The notes below the pieces were generated by a model, which was given only the letters and a program-made list of their open reading frames with translations, made no database searches and had not been told where the DNA came from. A DNA stretch of 32,000 bases. Origin: Wallemia ichthyophaga EXF-994 (lineage: Eukaryota; Fungi; Basidiomycota). The stretch is taken from contig NW_008806290.1 of NCBI RefSeq assembly GCF_000400465.1, positions 150,001-182,000 of the forward strand, read 5' to 3'. Numbering within the stretch: position 1 is the stretch's first letter; the number at the start of each line of letters is the position of its first letter. The translations under genes and the position numbers were made by a program. Below, one piece after another: positions 19,194-29,936 of this stretch.

Positions 19194-20426
19194 ATGAACT
19201 TGGATTTCCTACACTTAGCCAGCCTGTACGAGTACAGCACCTACAAACTTGCAAAGGCGGGGCAATACACGTACAGGCCAGTGTCCATTGATTACCCGGA
19301 GTACTATCACTCGCTGTTGTCGTACTACACGCAATTCACCGAGCTTTTACAGGGTAAGGGGGAAGTATACATGGATAATAGGCAGGCGGATTCAAGCAGC
19401 GCGGGGTACTGCAACGACTACAGCAGCAAAACCCGCAACAGCACTCAGAACACCCGCAACACCCAAAACCCCACACAATCCAGCGACACGAAAACATCAA
19501 TCACCCACCCTATCAACCTCTCTATCATCGTACCCTTGGACTGCATCGACTACATGTCTGCACACGCCACTCCGTCAGCCACCCCCGTCCTCAACAACGC
19601 CATCGATCTCCACTACCTCGCACACCTCTGCTCCAAGTTCCACAGCGATACTGCCAGCATCACCGCCGCTGACTACGCTTACTACCACGCCCTCTACGAT
19701 TTCAATCTGCACAACGACAAGAAAATCCCTGGTGACGTCATTACGGTTGCTAATGACGTCACCCGCAATCCTCCCCTAGGCAACCTTCTCATGTGCTCAG
19801 CTCCGGGTAAGAAGGTGAGGCTGGGCGTGGAAGCGGGCGATGGGGAATTGGAAGCCAGCTTAGCCAGCTTAGCCAGCTTAGCAGCCCCTGCAACCCCCAG
19901 AGCTCCAGTAGACCGGTGTATTCTGCTAGACCTGTTGCGGATCCGAGACAGCGGATGCACCTTGCTAGCGTGTTGCCTCGACGACCACGAGCTGTCCCTT
20001 CTTGGCACATCGTGGGAGCAGTACAGCTACTCTGCCGCTCGTCTCGGCCTCTCCATCCTCCGCTTTCCCATGCCAGAGGGGCTGCACCCGCCCAACATAC
20101 ACGACTTCTACGACAGGATCGATCTCCTTCTCCACGAGTACACCTTTGCAGGCCGCAACGTCCTCGCTCACTGCAGAGGCGGCGTCGGCAGAGCCTCGCT
20201 TATTGCGTGTGCGTGGATTCTGCGCATGGGTTTGGTGAAGGGCCTTCTCACTCCGTCTTCTCAGCTGGTTACCTCCGAATATAACCATACCCTCCACATC
20301 ACCTCTCTTACTATCGAGATCGTCCGCTATAGACGCTCTGTTAAGGCTGTAGAGACTTACGAGCAGGTCAGATTCCTCTTTGATTTCGTCTCCCTCCTCC
20401 GTCAGAAAGCGGGCGTGGTGAGTTGA
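19194..20426 (+). CDS. CDKN3/KAP-like dual-specificity protein phosphatase, intronless
   Basis: Catalytic loop VLAHCRGGVGRA (HCx5R). KTSITHPIN, GNLLMCSAPGKKVRL, DLLRIRDSG, LDDHELSLLG and RRSVKAVETYEQVRF match the CDKN3-like layout. Confidence 0.82.
   Translation: MNLDFLHLASLYEYSTYKLAKAGQYTYRPVSIDYPEYYHSLLSYYTQFTELLQGKGEVYMDNRQADSSSAGYCNDYSSKTRNSTQNTRNTQNPTQSSDTKTSITHPINLSIIVPLDCIDYMSAHATPSATPVLNNAIDLHYLAHLCSKFHSDTASITAADYAYYHALYDFNLHNDKKIPGDVITVANDVTRNPPLGNLLMCSAPGKKVRLGVEAGDGELEASLASLASLAAPATPRAPVDRCILLDLLRIRDSGCTLLACCLDDHELSLLGTSWEQYSYSAARLGLSILRFPMPEGLHPPNIHDFYDRIDLLLHEYTFAGRNVLAHCRGGVGRASLIACAWILRMGLVKGLLTPSSQLVTSEYNHTLHITSLTIEIVRYRRSVKAVETYEQVRFLFDFVSLLRQKAGVVS
19854..19880 (+). repeat. 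Coding 9-nt tandem repeat (GCCAGCTTA)x3 encoding ASL-ASL-ASL
   Basis: Read directly at 19854-19880. Confidence 0.9.
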
Positions 20427-20622
20427 GATTGGAGCCCAAATTCAAGCTCAAGATGAAGCTCAAGCACAATCTCCATCTCCATCTCAAGCTCTGTTTTGTT
20501 TTGTTTGTTTTGTTGTCTCCGGATACCTCCTAACACTCCGTTTTATGGCAAGTTGTATTAGTTATTTATTCACGATTCAACATGTTCAACATGTTCACGA
20601 TACACAACACACTTCACCAACA

Positions 20623-22255
20623 TCACTTGCCCTGCAAGTATCTGTTTAGCGCCGTGCGATCAACCGTGTGTATATAGTAATGATCTCCTTTGTCCGTCCA
20701 GCTCACCGAGCCGGGAAAGTAGTCTCCTTTCTGCATCTGGAGAATCGCGAGGGGCGAGTTGACCTGGAGTGTGATTGAGCATGACAAGGTGGTTCGCGCA
20801 GCAACCAAGACGCTTTCACCTACCGTAGCATCCGAGATTCTAAAGTTTGCAGGCAAGAATGGCTTGAGAGAGACAATCTTGGCACCGTCTTTCAAATCCA
20901 AAAAGAGCAGCGACAGCTGTTCGTTGAGTTGAGCAGAAAACGCGTCTGAGGAGGATATAAAGGAGTGATTGGAGTGGATAAAGTGGATGAATTGGTCTGG
21001 TCAGCTGGCTACAACTCACTACTTGAATCCACTCACAATTATTAATAAGCACCACATCCGCGTCTGGCAATTTGCGCGAGAGGGTGGAAGAATGGCAGAA
21101 ATCTTCTTTCTCCAAGTACATCTCACCACAATCGAGAGAGTACATGGCCGACCTCGCCCTGCCTTCGCTCAGCTGCACCTGTGCGAGGTCAGCAGGCTTG
21201 TCCATCACCTCCACCCCGAAGCTCTTGCATCCGGCAGCGAGCGACAGCTGGAGCACTACATTACCAACACCAGCCCCTAAATCCACAACTAGTGTCTGGG
21301 GTCCAATGTGCATTCTGTGTGCGAGATGCGCGACGAACGGGGGCATAATCTCACCATAAATGTTAGATCTAGATGAATTTTTTTATGTCAATGGTGAATC
21401 TTAGCCGTTTTATACACACTTCACTCACGAAAATGGCTCGTAGTGGCGCAAGTCGGCTACTCTCGGTCCTACGATGCGCTGGTAGGACTGAGTGGTGATA
21501 TGTGTCCATACTTGGGGGTGTATGCCTTGAAGCGATTCGAGGTGTTTGGTGATTTGGTCCGTCTGCACAAGCTGCTGGAATTCCCTGTTGAATTGGTCTA
21601 TCGCATCTATAAATAACTTTCCCTGTCGTCTGTTGAATGAGCGTTGAAGGAGTCGTAAGATTGAGGTAGAGGTCTCGCTCGATGTGCTACTCTGTGTGGA
21701 ACTGTGGTATGTCTCAGTATTTCCGAAAAGGCCGCGGGATTGCGGCGGAATAAACCAGGCGATCAGAATCTTTATGGTGTCGACTAAGTCGTGGATGGGC
21801 GAGTAATTGTCGCGGTTCTTCGGCACTGCTAGAGCGTACTCTTCAATACCTGCAGGGAGCTGAAGCTGGATAGTTGGGAAGGGGTCACTACCACTGCCAT
21901 TCAAATCATCAAAGTAAGATGTATATTGCATCGCTTGCTCATTCACCAGCTGCCGGGAGGATTTTGTTGCTTTATCGAACGTATTAGACTCCTTACTGGC
22001 GGTGATTGGATTGCGAGTTATTGGAGTGTGGTTGTCGCGTAACCAGGTGCTTCTGGTGGTGCTGCTAGTAGAATTACTACTGCTGCCTTCAAGTGAATTA
22101 CTAGAACCGCGCTCAAGTGAATCCCCAGCTGTCTTCTGCTTCTTGGTGGGAGGATTACTCGTTGCCGGCGCTTGAAATTTCCTAGTCTCCGTCTTAACAG
22201 AAACACTCGCAGGCTTTTTATTAAAAGAATTCTTTTTATTCCAGAATGAGTTCAT
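20623..22255 (-). CDS. DOT1: Histone H3K79 methyltransferase Dot1, 2 introns
   Basis: Intron 21369-21428 gives HYEPFSSNIYGEIMPP. SAM motif VVDLGAGVGNVVLQ and SFGVEVM. Intron 20946-21036 gives VLINNYAFSAQLNEQL...LKDGAKIVSLKPF. Confidence 0.93.
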
Positions 22256-22300
22256 CGTTGTCGATTCTTAACAGTGAACAGCCAACACTGCAGAAAGAGC

Positions 22301-25300
22301 ATGTGGACCCCACTCGAGCAAATCGCATACGGGTTCTGTATCTGTAAGATTACTACAGCACTGTCCACCCACATCGCTCACCCGCCGCAGTTCCATTCAC
22401 TCCCGTCGCCGTCGACGCTGATCACTCGGGCCACAAAAATAATCCGCATCAGATTCAGCTCGAAACTGGGTGAGTTAATTATATACTCTACTTCCCTCGC
22501 TTATTCCAAATCTCCAATTTTCACTTGAAAGCGATGAAATCTACGCCTTCGAGCAGATACGCTTGGCTGGACAGCCTATCTGGTACAGAGGCTACGTCGT
22601 CTCCACCTCCCGCTATCCTTCATCCGCCACTGCTGTTCACTCTCTCCCCACCACCGTAGAGGCTCCCCAGGTCGATATAGGCATTTTCCCCTCCACTCAC
22701 GTCAGAATACGCCAAATGCTTCCAGATGCTGAGGGTCGAATGGCTTCAACCTTCCACGCCTTCCAATCCACTCTTAAACACCTTCCTCAACGCTCAAACT
22801 CAACCAATATCGCTAAATCCCCGTCATTTGGTAAAATGGAGACTTTAGCAGAGGAAGAGGAAGAGGATGACGGCGCCAAGGCTTCTTTGCCGCTGAGCGA
22901 GAGTGACTATACCCATATAGACGAGTCAGATCAGTTAGATGAAATGGATCACTTGGCAGATTTCAACCAGACTTTTCCCCAAAAATCAAAGAAATCGCCC
23001 GATAACAGACCTCCTCCGCCTCTCCCTTCTATGAAATGCGGTGACGAGACTAGCTTTGGTCATAATGAACCTCTCATTGATGAAATCGCGTGCGCTTTGA
23101 GGGAATACTTCACTGCATTGCATATATCCTTACTCAATACAGATTACGTCCTTTTTGACAAGATAAGAAGCAACATGAATGCCCTCAACTACGCCCGTAT
23201 GCAGCTTCTCCAGCATTCTTCCTCAGACACTGACTCCAGCGACGATCTTATCGACCTCCGTGCAAGAGCGGTTGAGAGGCTTGTAAAGGCAAATGTCGAC
23301 CTAGGTTTAGATGTCATTGTCAGGCACCCCACCACAGGCGCCCTTGCTAACATTTCCAATGACAACGATCATCTCGATAAAAGGGCTTGGATTTCCTCTA
23401 TTCGAATGTACGCTCAACAAGTCGAATTGGCTTACATCAACTCTCCAGGCAAGCATTCAGGCGCTCCCATATCTCAACCCTCACTCAAACCTCTCCACAC
23501 TTCTAAATCAGTTTCCAATTTGGCTGAGCCTCTTTCACTCACTCGCAGAACTCCCTCCCAAGCTCACTCTCCATCTAGCGCCAGTGATTCGAGTGAATTC
23601 TACCACGTATACCTCAATCTTAGATCTTTCAACGCTAGTCCGTGCTACGTTGGTGAGACTGTTGAGCTTTTCTTCTCTCTCTATTCCGCAACCCAAGCAA
23701 GGTTTCTCACTGAAGACCATGTCATTATTCTCGATCACAATGGATTGCCAACGAGCAGAAATCCTGACTTTGTCTGTACGCTCTTCAGAGACTTGTCTAA
23801 CGTCGACGTCAGCGACAAACTCTATTTGGTATGCAAAATTGTCAGGAATGGCTTCCTCAAGTCCCCTCTGAATTTTGATGACACTGCTGGATCGCCTATA
23901 CCGTCGCGAAAACTTCTCAGAAGACCTTTTGGCTGTGCGGTGCTGAATCTCGGTCAGCTCTCTGCCAAATCTAACCAAGAAATGAATGAAGCTGTGCAGT
24001 ACTCAATGCCCATCTACGTACCATCGATGACTTCTGGCGTCGCTGCGGAGAACCTTTTCGCCAATCTCCATCAAGATATCATATCCAACAACGTCAAGGT
24101 ATTCGATGCGTCTACAAGAGCAACTGATATCAGCGTGTCAGTCAAGTCTTTCCATGGCGCCTTCAATCAGATGTTGAGAGATCACTCAGGCGTGCTGCTC
24201 AACGTACCGACAACGGCTCGATTAGGGTTTAGTGATGCAGTCTTTCCAGCGGATATTAGAAATGATCTGTATTGCAAACTCTGGTCAGGTGATTTCACAT
24301 CTATTCTCGCTAGCTCTACGTCGAGATTGAGTCTGCTTTCCAACACAAACTCAAGCGCGTCAAAAAATATTCAAGTTACAGTGGAAGCGAGGAGGAAAGA
24401 TGGCAGCAGGATCGATAACTGCTTTACTGGTGGCACGGGCGACAAAGTGCAGTCGTTATGGGACTTCACTGTATTCACAAACAGCGCTCAGCCGACGTGG
24501 GGCGAGATGGTTAAGCTGACCAATGTATCAGCGCAGGAGTTTTTAGATATTCATTTGTTCTTCACTATCAGGAACAAGTCGAACAAAGATAAAGATGGGT
24601 CTAATTCGAGTAAAGAGCGCTTGAAGGATCACGAGAAGGGTGATGCCTTCACTGAACCTCCTTTTGCTTGGGGCTATCTGCCGATTTTTAACGAGGGCCG
24701 CGCCTTTCTACCTGATGCCTCTCACACTCTGCAACTCTTCAAGTGTCTCGGCGAGCCTCCGAGCGCTTCTATCTACCTCAACAATATCTTACCGACACAA
24801 TCTGGTAAGAAGGATAGAGTGATGTCTGGTAATTCTTTGCATGGTGAGTCTGGGTCCACTGATTGTGCCAATAGTGTACTCATCGTCTCCAGGAAATGTC
24901 AACGGCACCCCATCTATCAGCAGTACAGATGCTTTGAGTAGTCCTGGGTCCCCTCCAGAAACACAGAGATTGCGTCCACTTCGAGATTCAATATCTATCC
25001 GCACTTTCCTTTGTTCAACGCTTTTTACCCAGAATGCTGTTCTGCTGAAGCTGCTGAGTTGGGAAAGAGAAAGATCATATCATACAAAGTCAGCTGTTGA
25101 GATTGAGAGTATCTTATCGCAGCTACCTTTCGTCGGCGAGCCGGAGATTGTCAAGTTCCTAGCAGAGACATTTGATGCCATTTTCGGTCTGATGGCCTCA
25201 TCTGCCAATGAAGGCGACAGATTTGACCCACTGCTTTTCGACGCTTTGGTGAAGGTTTTGGGGATAATACAGGATAGGAGATTTAGCCAGTTTGAGACTG

Positions 25301-28300
25301 TTCTCGACGTCTACATAAATGAGAACTTCACATGCGGTCCTGCTTCTTCACACTTGATGAGCTCCCTTCAGAGGCTGTTAGCTAAACCTAGTGACCCATC
25401 AACTGCTCAACAGCTACATGCCGCTTTGAAGGTGCTGCCATTCCTGATTAGATTTATTGTCAGATCAAGGGAAATACAAAGGGAGAAAAGCGCTGGGTTG
25501 GATGTAACTTCGGGACATCTAGAAGACTCTTTCAAGAAGGAGTTGATCATGGTTTTGGATGGACTCGTCAAGTTGATGGAAATGACCAGTCCAAATTCCG
25601 TCATCGGAACTCAAACATTAGCATTGAGGCACTTTGCAGGTTGCTTGCCCGAGTTAGAGAAGATCTTTCCCTCAGAGGAGCTAGTTGAACACGTAATGGC
25701 TTTTGCAGAGGCTTGCAAGGCCACCAAAGGGAAGTTGGTGGTTTATATTATGCTCAACTACCTCCACGTTGTCAGAAGTGGACTTTTTGACAAACCAGGT
25801 ACGCGCACTATACTTGTCCCAACACTCATCCGACTCGTCAAACCTCATCTGGGAGCGTACGACGAGTATCAGCATGTCAAATTGAAAGACCCTGATCACG
25901 TCAGAGAAGTTGCGAGAGTAGGCTGGATTGAGCGTCTCAGATTGTGCGTCACCATATTAGCTACTATGCTAGATAAGCTGCATGTAGCTATAGTGGACCC
26001 AGCTATCAGCGCCAGTCGAACATTGAGTAGACAGGAGCAAGATAATGTCGAGGATATCATGAGCTTATTGCCAAAGTTACTCGAATCATACCACGAGCTG
26101 AATTCGGACGGTTTGATCGACACAATCACGAAGCATAAGTCCCCATCTACCACGATTGCATCTATACCAACAGTCTTTCCCGCAACTTATCCATTCAGCT
26201 TGCTTGCAGAATTGCCGCAGTCACTGACACAGTCAGTAATAAGCAACAGCAAAAGCAAGAAAAAATCGCGCTCGTCAGCTCGCACTAGTCATTTCAACTG
26301 TGCTCTGGGTGAAATGGCTTCGGTTATTTTGGTCATTATTCAACTTTTACCTAAAAAGCGTATACTCGATTTCATTCAAGAATACGCTGAAATTGAGGGT
26401 GAAAGAAACTTGACCAAATTCTTGACGAACATATTTAGCTTCTCGATTGGTGTTCTCAATCATAAAAATAGCGGTATTGACGAGAAGCTCATTCCGTGTC
26501 CGTATCCCCAAAGCTGGCTCAATATCTCACTCTTTGCACATCGCATGGTGCTTAAGTTGGGTGAATCTGTCTCTGTTGTCATGGAGAGGCAATACGTTCC
26601 ATCGTTAGAACTTGCAGGTGAATTCAACAGAAATTTATGGAGGGTCTGCTTCGAGATGTTTATTAGATTACTTGCATCTCATCAATTGGTTATAGAGGAG
26701 CACACTCCTCAAAAGAGACGCGCTGTGTGGAAATTGGCTGGCGATCTGAGAGGGGAAGGGGCGCAGACATTCTCCAGGCTTTGGAATGCTATCGGTTGGC
26801 CTAATAGCTCTGACGACAAATCACATAGATCAACTAGATATGGCGGGTTCCAAATCCAGTTTTCCGACTTGGTAGCTGATCTACTCGAGTTATGCTTGTC
26901 TCATCACGATGAACTGAGAAAGCACGCTGTAAATATACTCCACTCAATGATCGTCTCTGAACATCACCTCAATGGTCATTTCGAAGCTATCGAGGCAGAA
27001 GTGATTGACAAGCTAGACAAACTGTTCATGGATACCACAAAGGGTGATGAAATCTCGCGTGCTTTCTTCGTCAGTGAACTCAGATCGCTATTCGATTCAC
27101 CGACAATCGACGAACCACTTCGTCGGGAAGTGTCTCGCTTCCTCGATTCTGTTGATTATTTCTTGGAGTTGCTCCTGTCAATAAGAAACCTGCCTGAAGG
27201 GGATGAGTTTGAGGATGACAGACTTGAAGCTACGCTTAAGTTAATGTCCTTTATTAGGAATCTCAGGGAAGAGATATACGTCAAGTATCTGCATGCGCTG
27301 GTACATATGCACTTGCGATCGCACGCCTACGCAGAGGCGGGTATGACACTCAAGCTGCATGCAGACATGTACAATTGGGACACGTCGGCAGTGTTGGAGC
27401 CACTAGTCGACCTCAACTTGCCTAAGCAGACGCAGTTCCAGAGGAGAGAAACCATCCTTGCCCACTGCATGGAGTATTTGGCCGCTGGGAAAGCATTTGA
27501 AGTTGCCATTGAAGTGTGCAAGGATCTCGCACACCAGTACGAGAGCAAGACTTACGATTATCAAAAGCTTGCTGATATTCTGACCTATCAAGTGAGTGGG
27601 GTGTTTGAGTTGTGCGTGAATTGACACAACAAACAGGCGTCTTTGGTCGACTCTATTATGAAAGGCGATCGTGAATTTCCTGATGTAGGTGCTTTTAGTG
27701 AACGTGTAGCGTTTGGTTCATCTAACTTTGGTGATAGTACTTCCTCGTTACGTACCATGGTGGCTTCCCGCCTGTTCTGACGAATAAGCAATTTGGTATG
27801 TGGATTAGATGCCGCTATTTGCTTCTAACGGTCCCCAGTCTACCGCGGAATGGAACATGAGCATATCGAGGGCGTAAGCTAGTTTTTTTTACGTCATGTT
27901 ACTTTGCTTATTGGTTGCTATACAGTTCTGCAGCAGAATGCAAGCGAAACATCCTAACGCGCACATACTCAGCGGAATACAGAGTGTCGGGGGAGACAGT
28001 GACACCAAAAATACCACAGAGGCAGACAAACAGCATTGTGAGCATTGCGCACTTAGTCTTACTTTGTACTGGACTGACTAGCAGCAGTGTTAATTATGGC
28101 CGTTACACCCGAGGTGGATAGAACATCACCCATCATACAGAATCCTCGCATCGCCGAACCTATTCGCAAATATTGTAGGTTTACAGTACGCTACTTGAAC
28201 CATGCACACCTAACACCGCCGCAGATGAGAATAACACCGATCTATTCAGCTACACGCGCCCGATGGATAAAGACTATGGAAGTAACACCGGGAACATTGA

Positions 28301-29129
28301 AGGGGAGTGGATGGAGAAGACTCTCCTGCAGTGCGAAAGCCAGTTCCCGTCTGTAATGAGACGATCTGAGGTAATTGAAACGAGGACAGTCCAAGTGTCT
28401 CCAATTGAGCTGGCATTTGAGGAGGTGGAGATGATGCGTCAAGAGATGGCAGTAGTCAACTCTAAATTTGAAACACAACTTCAAGGGCGAGATGGCAAAA
28501 AAAATCAGACGCAGCAGAACATCAGAGTGGAGGCGCTGTCGATGGTGCTGAACAATGCATGCGATATACCGGTCGACGCGGGTGTGTCTTACTACAGATC
28601 TACATACCTGGCTATGAATATGAAGGAGGTCAATCCATCAAGTCAGCGCTTGGAGAAGGGACTGATAAATCTGGCGTTGACGATTAGGAGGGGTATAGAT
28701 ATACACAAGTCCATGTGTACTTTTGAGATGGCGAGATTTCACATGACGTTGGAGAAACTGTTTGTCAAGAACTACGCACATGAAATAGCACAGTTTCCAA
28801 AGGTGATAGGTGATGAGAGTAGTGAATTGTCGCCGTCTAGTTCGTTGAAATCACTTGAAAAGGAGAGGAGGAATAGGAACGCATCTGTAGCGACTAACGG
28901 GACTAATGGGACTAATAACAGCTCAGTCAACACTACTAAATCGAACAAACCAACACTGTTGTTGCCGAAACTGACAAGTATGATGTCTATGTCGAGGCAA
29001 CGCAGCTCGCCTACGCGGGAGCACAAAGCGAGCAGCCCAAAGAGTAAAGGTAGTAACAAAACAGATGGATCACCTCAATTTAGTCTGGGAAGGCTTGAAG
29101 AGAGGGTGTCTATGAGGAAGCAGCATTAA
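22301..29129 (+). CDS. DOCK-family (Dock180-like) Rac/Cdc42 GEF: N-terminal SH3, C2-DOCK, DHR-2; about 9 introns
   Basis: ATG at 22301. Two short introns build the SH3 (MWTPLEQIAYGFCIFPF...QLETGDEIYAFE...WYRGYVV). C2/DHR-1 region RRPFGCAV, PTWGEMVKL, HLFFT, PFAWGYLP. DHR-2 start YVKYLHALVHMH...YAEAGMTLKLHA, then short exons (YFLVTYHGGFPPVLTNKQFVYRG, FCSRMQAKHPNA, DLFSYTRP, VSPIELAFEEV). Stop at 29129. Confidence 0.92.
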
Positions 29130-29262
29130 TGTGTAGCATAATAAATGATACATAATACATAATACGTAATACATATAACATATAACATTAAGTTAAGGTA
29201 TTTCAAAGTGTTTCAAGTTGTTTCAAGCCGGTTTACATCTCAACCACCAACAACGATCGCTG

Positions 29263-29903
29263 ATGTCATTATCGACCAAGATTGGCAGTCTGTTCATACG
29301 AGTGAGAGGGATTGACCTGAAAGACGAGGCTTAAGGATCCACAGACACTGGCGAAACCGATATCGACGAGTCTCAAGCATCAAGCAGCAAGCCACGAGTC
29401 ATTTAAGCGGGTATGCGTGAGTGTGGCACAAGGATTGCACTCATTTGAAGGGCGGATGCGTAGCAACTTGCTGGGACAGAAGCAACAGCATAATAGACCA
29501 CTATCCGAAGCTCGTGCGATACAACAAGGAGCAAATACGCTATCGGAAGGATTTCTGTTCTTCGTAGCAGCGGGGCTGTAGGTGGTAGTATTTAGGGGAG
29601 CGTATTCACAGTCTAAAGGAATAATTAAGGATTCTAGGCGAAGCGTGGCGCTCTTCGAAGAAGGAAACATCACGACGGGAAGACGTCCAGGACAGGCTGG
29701 AGACGCTAGAAAGCGGGATAAAAGAGGTTATAGAGGATAACAAGTCGCTGGAGAGAGGGCTACACGAGGTTATTTCAAACAATAAAAGCCTGGTGGAAAA
29801 CAACACAGACCTCCGAAGAGCGTTGAGTGCGTTTACAGCCCAGGAAACATTCCACCAATCACAGCACGAGCTTAAAAGATATTTAGATGGCTGTAATTTT
29901 TAG
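29263..29903 (+). CDS. OPA3: OPA3-domain mitochondrial protein, 2 introns (missed by the ORF track)
   Basis: Exons 29263-29301, 29345-29577 and 29630-29903 translate to MSLSTKIGSLFIR|TLAKPISTSLKHQAASHESFKRVCVSVAQGLHSFEGRMRSNLLG...RPLSEARAIQQGANTLSEGFLFFVAAGL|ILGEAWRSSKKETSRREDVQDRLETLE plus a coiled coil. This is the OPA3 family signature, and the intron phases close correctly. Confidence 0.9.
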
Positions 29904-29936
29904 ATTCTCTTGTACATCAACCGTCATTTGCTACAA

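Noticed and set aside
29130-29230. Short degenerate repeats (ATACATA/ATAACAT, TTTCAAG); similar ones at 13603-13626, 20440-20600 and 31521-31548
   Set aside because: Ordinary slippage microsatellites in 3' regions; no spacers or terminal inverted repeats, so neither CRISPR nor MITE.
29822-29903. Splicing out the OPA3 stop (TTTTTAG as acceptor) to fuse OPA3 and SIP5
   Set aside because: The candidate donors at 29822 (GTTGAGT) and 29827 (GTGCGT) give 82- and 77-nt introns that shift the frame, and no branch point is evident.
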